From Fibrobacteria bacterium (lineage in GTDB: Bacteria > Fibrobacterota > Fibrobacteria > UBA11236), in the NCBI GenBank assembly GCA_043745805.1, contig JAYTSD010000045.1, positions 32,001 through 96,000 of the forward strand: a DNA stretch of 64,000 bases. The letters run 5' to 3'. The position numbers and the translations under genes are program-made. This document shows, piece after piece, positions 60,182 through 64,000 of this stretch. Numbering within the stretch: the stretch's first letter is position 1; each line of letters starts with the position of its first letter. The notes beneath the pieces are model-generated. The model saw only the letters and a list, made by a program, of their open reading frames with translations, made no database searches and was not told the origin of the DNA.

Positions 60182-61447
60182 TTACTTGATAAAGTTTTTT
60201 AGAGAAAGTCCTTCGAAATAAATATTGTCCAACCACAAAACTACAGTATCGCCAGCCTTGGATTCAGGTTTTTCTGCGGTAAAGTCAAGTGTTTGCATTT
60301 CAGAAGCAACTTGCTTCCATGTATAATTTTTCAATTCTGGCAGGGCATTTTTAGGAAGGCGTAGAGAGTCCACGGGGATGGTGAAATGAGTCCATTGTGT
60401 AGGCAAGGAGAGAGGATAATAAAATTGTGTGGAATCTTGAAAGAGACGACTAATAGTTTTACTCAAAAACTTCACATTAATGATACCTTTGCCTTTGGCC
60501 CAAAAGGAGAGGGCTCGCACATCAGTAAAATCATAAACATCGCCTTGTAACGCATTACCAATATTGAAACCCATGATAGACCAAGGGCTAGCAATTTTGT
60601 TACCTAAAATATATTCCGCACGCAAGCTAGATCCACTATACGCTTCACTATCCGAAATGTTTTCGATGCGAATAGAAGAATTACCATTTTCTTTAATATC
60701 GGTGACGCTATACCATAATCCATTACCGATAATACGCCCGAAAGTGGTTTGTTTCCAACCTTGTTCAAAATCATCAATAGGGATATTGCTTATGGAAGCA
60801 TGTAGGTTTACGCTATCATTTTTATTTCCCGCAGCAATGTTCAAGGATTGAGTGAGCGAAGGAATTACGATATTATGTAAGTTAACTTGAGCGATTAGTG
60901 AAAATGTGCCAGCAGCTATATGAGAAAAGGCATAGGCTCCGTTTGAATTTACTTTGGTTTTGTAAGTAGTCCCCGCGATTTGTAATTCTTGTGCTACGCC
61001 TGAGTCCAAGGTGATAGATCCTGCGAGAGAGGCGAATGCAGCAAGTTTAAATTTTCGATTGGACATGATTTGATGGATATCTATTAAAGTATTTGCTTCG
61101 CGAAGCAACAAGCCCTCGGCCTGGCCGTCAATTTGCAGATTGCACCGTTTTGCGAATGGAATATTTATTGAAAAATGTCCGCTATCATCCGTGACTGCAC
61201 TATCTAGAGTTACAGGTTTGCCGTCGGCGATATTAACAAGCCATTTAGTATCATCTATGAGTAATACTTTTACGCGTGCAGCTGGAGTACCATTGGAATG
61301 TGTGAGGCTAGCTTGTAAATCGCCGTTAGTGGTTTCGGAAGTCCCTCCCGCGATTGGTGAAATTTTGGAACAATCTATAAAATTTAATGTTACGGTAACC
61401 AAAAAAATGAAAACTAATCGTCTGGACTTTAAGTAAAATATTTTCAT
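60182..61447 (-). CDS. Lipoprotein with carboxypeptidase-regulatory-like domains and C-terminal CBM11/CIA30-like domain
   Basis: Cys followed by IAGGTSETTNG; AVTDDSGHF; IDDFE.G...W, SFWAKGKG, W.HFTIP and LWLDNIYF motifs. Confidence 0.75.
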   Translation of the reverse strand: MKIFYLKSRRLVFIFLVTVTLNFIDCSKISPIAGGTSETTNGDLQASLTHSNGTPAARVKVLLIDDTKWLVNIADGKPVTLDSAVTDDSGHFSINIPFAKRCNLQIDGQAEGLLLREANTLIDIHQIMSNRKFKLAAFASLAGSITLDSGVAQELQIAGTTYKTKVNSNGAYAFSHIAAGTFSLIAQVNLHNIVIPSLTQSLNIAAGNKNDSVNLHASISNIPIDDFEQGWKQTTFGRIIGNGLWYSVTDIKENGNSSIRIENISDSEAYSGSSLRAEYILGNKIASPWSIMGFNIGNALQGDVYDFTDVRALSFWAKGKGIINVKFLSKTISRLFQDSTQFYYPLSLPTQWTHFTIPVDSLRLPKNALPELKNYTWKQVASEMQTLDFTAEKPESKAGDTVVLWLDNIYFEGLSLKNFIK

Positions 61448-62271
61448 TTTCCTTTTCCTCCAATTTTGGAAAGAGGAAAAAACTGAACATTGAGCTGATA
61501 CGTTCTATCGGGATGGGTTGCGGCATTTACATAATTAATTAAAGTACCGCGAAACTCCTTTACCCTTTCGCGAATCTCAGTAAAATCATGCGCATTAATA
61601 TTTAATGTTACGGTAGAAACATCTCTTTGATTTTTAGGATGCCTTTGTATGGCTTCTTGGGAGAGGCGAATAGTTTCTTCTTGAAAGGCCTCGATAGCTA
61701 AGGATTGCCATTGGGATCCCGAAGTAATAGCGGTATCGGTCATTTTATAAATACCAGCTTCATTTACCCTAACCAATCCCAGCTTACTGAGTAAAGCGAT
61801 ACCTGCTTTCGCTTCCTTTGGTGTAATGGGTGGATTAAGCACGGCAGCAAGCAATTTATAATCTCCTGTAAATTCATAATATTCTAAAACCGAACGTAGG
61901 GCAGAGTAATACCACTTTTGATAATAGGCGTATTGTTGAGCTACTAATTTTTGGGTATTGATATTTTTAATTGAAAGTAATTTTTCGAAATAGAGTTTGC
62001 TTTTTTTATGAGATTTTGATTTGCTAAAATGCACTAAGGTTTCAAAGTATTCCGCTTCTTTTTCTTTGAGCCCACAAAATACAGCAAATGCGGTAATGGA
62101 TTCATCGGCAATATGACGACTATGTAAAAATACCTTCGCTAAATAACTGGAATCTATTCCCACCTTATTCCCAAATAAACGATACGAAAAAAAGCTCTGG
62201 GCATTTTTTTTCTCTTCGTAGAAATCTTTGAGATAAACTCGATAATCGAGGTATTCGAAAATGGATTTCAT
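61444..62271 (-). CDS. TIGR02147/DUF4423 family protein (putative DNA-binding regulator)
   Basis: IFEYLDYR.YLKDFY, FSYR, WYY..LR, L..LGL, R..ST.T and YQLN.QFFPL motifs. Confidence 0.9.
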   Translation of the reverse strand: MKSIFEYLDYRVYLKDFYEEKKNAQSFFSYRLFGNKVGIDSSYLAKVFLHSRHIADESITAFAVFCGLKEKEAEYFETLVHFSKSKSHKKSKLYFEKLLSIKNINTQKLVAQQYAYYQKWYYSALRSVLEYYEFTGDYKLLAAVLNPPITPKEAKAGIALLSKLGLVRVNEAGIYKMTDTAITSGSQWQSLAIEAFQEETIRLSQEAIQRHPKNQRDVSTVTLNINAHDFTEIRERVKEFRGTLINYVNAATHPDRTYQLNVQFFPLSKIGGKGK

Positions 62272-62485
62272 AAACCTATCCGTTTTAGTTATAGGCTAAT
62301 ATACTTGCAGGACCCTAATGTGGCTGTGAATGTGAAATAAAAGTGGAAAAAAATTAGGATATAAATGTCCACAAAAATGTCAAAAAAACTTTAAAAAAAA
62401 GGTTTTAGTCCATTTTTTGGGAATATCTTATTGTTTAATATCCTGAGACACCGTGACTTTAGTCCAATAATATTTGCTTACGGCT

Positions 62486-62520
62486 AAAAAAATAAGGTAA
62501 CCTATTGGCTACCTTATTTT
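62486..62520 (-). terminator. Terminator after RCC1-repeat gene
   Basis: Minus strand AAAATAAGGTAGCC-aata-GGTTACCTTATTTTTTT. Confidence 0.75.
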
Positions 62521-62588
62521 ATATTTTTTAAAATAGAAAAGGCTTATGGTAACTTATATGTTACGATACTAAAATTAGGTATTTGTAC

Positions 62589-64000
62589 TTACCAAATTTT
62601 CCCAGGCATAACTCCGGTGTTTCCGGCAGGTGCTGGATTTGACCCTTGACCTTCGGCAAAATATTCGCCATTGCCTGAAGAGTAACGTACACCATTATTT
62701 TTTAAAACCATGGATGTAAACGCGCATCCAGCCATACTACGTACAGGAGGATATTGAGTGAAAAGTGGGAAGTCCGATCCAAACGAATCGCCAGTGGGTA
62801 TGTCTCCGCCACCGGATCCCCAACCCAAAATTACTCCTCCAGGTGTTGAAACCAAGTTGGAAAAACTGGTTGTTGTCACTAGATTGGCTTGACTTAAAAA
62901 GTAGGTCAAAAAATTTCCATACTGATAAAGATCACCATTGGCTTTTACCACAATACTGGTAGTTGCGCTACCTTCGATAGTCACCCAATCAGATTCTGTT
63001 CCAACCTGCGTTGGAGTGGTTAGATCAACACCGCCACCACGACCCCAAGCCCAAAGTTTTCCATCTGAAGTAATGCCTAAACTTTGTTGTTGTCCTGTGG
63101 CAATCGCGACCCATTTTTTGCCAAAGCCAATTAATATAGGAGTGGTGTGAGTATTAGTGGTTCCGTCTCCTAATTGATAGTTTCCATTTTCACCCCAGCC
63201 CCACAATTCACCATTCGCTTTTAGGGCTAAAGTATGTCCGTAATTTGCATAAACCTTGCGCCAATTTAGATCATTATTCACTTTTACCGGAGTATAACTG
63301 AATGGAGCGGCAATACCCATTTCTCCAGCTGAATTAGTGCCCCAGGCCCATAAAGAGCCATCACTTTGAATTGCTAAACTCTGGCGTTCTCCGCCAGTTC
63401 CTTGCATCCAAGTATTTCCAGCCACATGTACAGCAGGCACATTATGGGTTTTCAAGGCATCGGTTGAACCCGTTCCTAATTGACCCGAAGTATTTGCGCC
63501 CCACGATTCCAATTGTCCATTGCTACGGATGTCCATTGCTTGATAATCGGCACCGATAAGTACGCCGGGTTTCAAATTAGTAGCCCAAAGATCATTAGTA
63601 GATGTTTTCCAAGGGGTAACCTTGGTGTATTGTGGCGATGTAGTATTACCAATGCCTAATTGCCCAGAAGAATTGTTACCCCATGCCGATAAATTGCCAT
63701 TGGATTTAATGGCCAAGGTAAATCCTTTACCGGCTGAAATATATTGCCAATCATTATCCGTACCCAATTTATTAGGGGTTTTTTTCAAGATGGAACTATT
63801 TCCAAAACCTAAGGCACCGGAAAGATTACTGCCCCAAGCATACAAAGTTCCATTGGCTTTGATGCCCAAACTATGTTTGTCACCTGCACTAATAGCGCGC
63901 CAAATTTCAGTGGAGATTTTAAAAGGTTTAGTTTGATTAACGGGTTGTTTATTGTCACCGACTTGTCCCGAATCATTAAGTCCCCAGCCCCACAAAGTGC
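62589..64000 (-). CDS. RCC1/BLIP-II repeat beta-propeller protein, 5'-truncated by the window edge
   Basis: Repeated ISAG..HSL.IK.NG.L.AWG.N..GQLG units; frame open to the window end. Confidence 0.9.
   Translation of the reverse strand, partial: TLWGWGLNDSGQVGDNKQPVNQTKPFKISTEIWRAISAGDKHSLGIKANGTLYAWGSNLSGALGFGNSSILKKTPNKLGTDNDWQYISAGKGFTLAIKSNGNLSAWGNNSSGQLGIGNTTSPQYTKVTPWKTSTNDLWATNLKPGVLIGADYQAMDIRSNGQLESWGANTSGQLGTGSTDALKTHNVPAVHVAGNTWMQGTGGERQSLAIQSDGSLWAWGTNSAGEMGIAAPFSYTPVKVNNDLNWRKVYANYGHTLALKANGELWGWGENGNYQLGDGTTNTHTTPILIGFGKKWVAIATGQQQSLGITSDGKLWAWGRGGGVDLTTPTQVGTESDWVTIEGSATTSIVVKANGDLYQYGNFLTYFLSQANLVTTTSFSNLVSTPGGVILGWGSGGGDIPTGDSFGSDFPLFTQYPPVRSMAGCAFTSMVLKNNGVRYSSGNGEYFAEGQGSNPAPAGNTGVMPGKIW

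Noticed and set aside
62589..64000. Repetitive DNA as a DGR or repeat array
   Set aside because: Explained by RCC1 protein repeats; no reverse transcriptase or adenine-specific variant pair was seen.
1..64000. CRISPR arrays, rRNA, prophage or defence systems
   Set aside because: No regularly spaced repeats, rRNA-like segments, phage structural genes or recognisable nuclease/defence motifs were found by eye.

Overview
AT-rich bacterial chromosomal window, most likely Fibrobacterota. That assignment is an inference from a TIGR02147/DUF4423-family gene with its typical GGxSETTNG lipoprotein partner, a short Y-x-L-x-G C-terminal tail on a GH16, futalosine-pathway MqnA and PPi-PFK. The window holds about 57 protein genes. 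Housekeeping genes include prfC, nrdR, pfp, ruvX, rarA, a DEAD-box helicase, comEC, two HU paralogs, bcp and ndh. There are also c-di-GMP enzymes, many exported or outer-membrane proteins of unknown function, two tRNAs (Ile2-CAT, Pro-GGG) and a nested IS3/IS256 scar at about 25.1-25.3 kb that truncates a lipoprotein gene. No CRISPR array, rRNA, prophage or intact transposase was seen. Best candidates for undescribed biology: (1) a translationally coupled TIGR02147 regulator, CBM-like lipoprotein and GH16 unit facing a TonB receptor; (2) an orphan bufferin-like Cys/His-repeat lipoprotein beside OM-barrel and FecR genes; (3) a FabX/NMO-like flavin-FeS protein under a helically phased TTACA array; (4) a membrane pseudokinase and a catalytically dead SGNH protein; (5) recurrent leaderless-gene architecture plus several start-site palindromes and hairpins. 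All family calls come from motif recognition by eye, not database searches.
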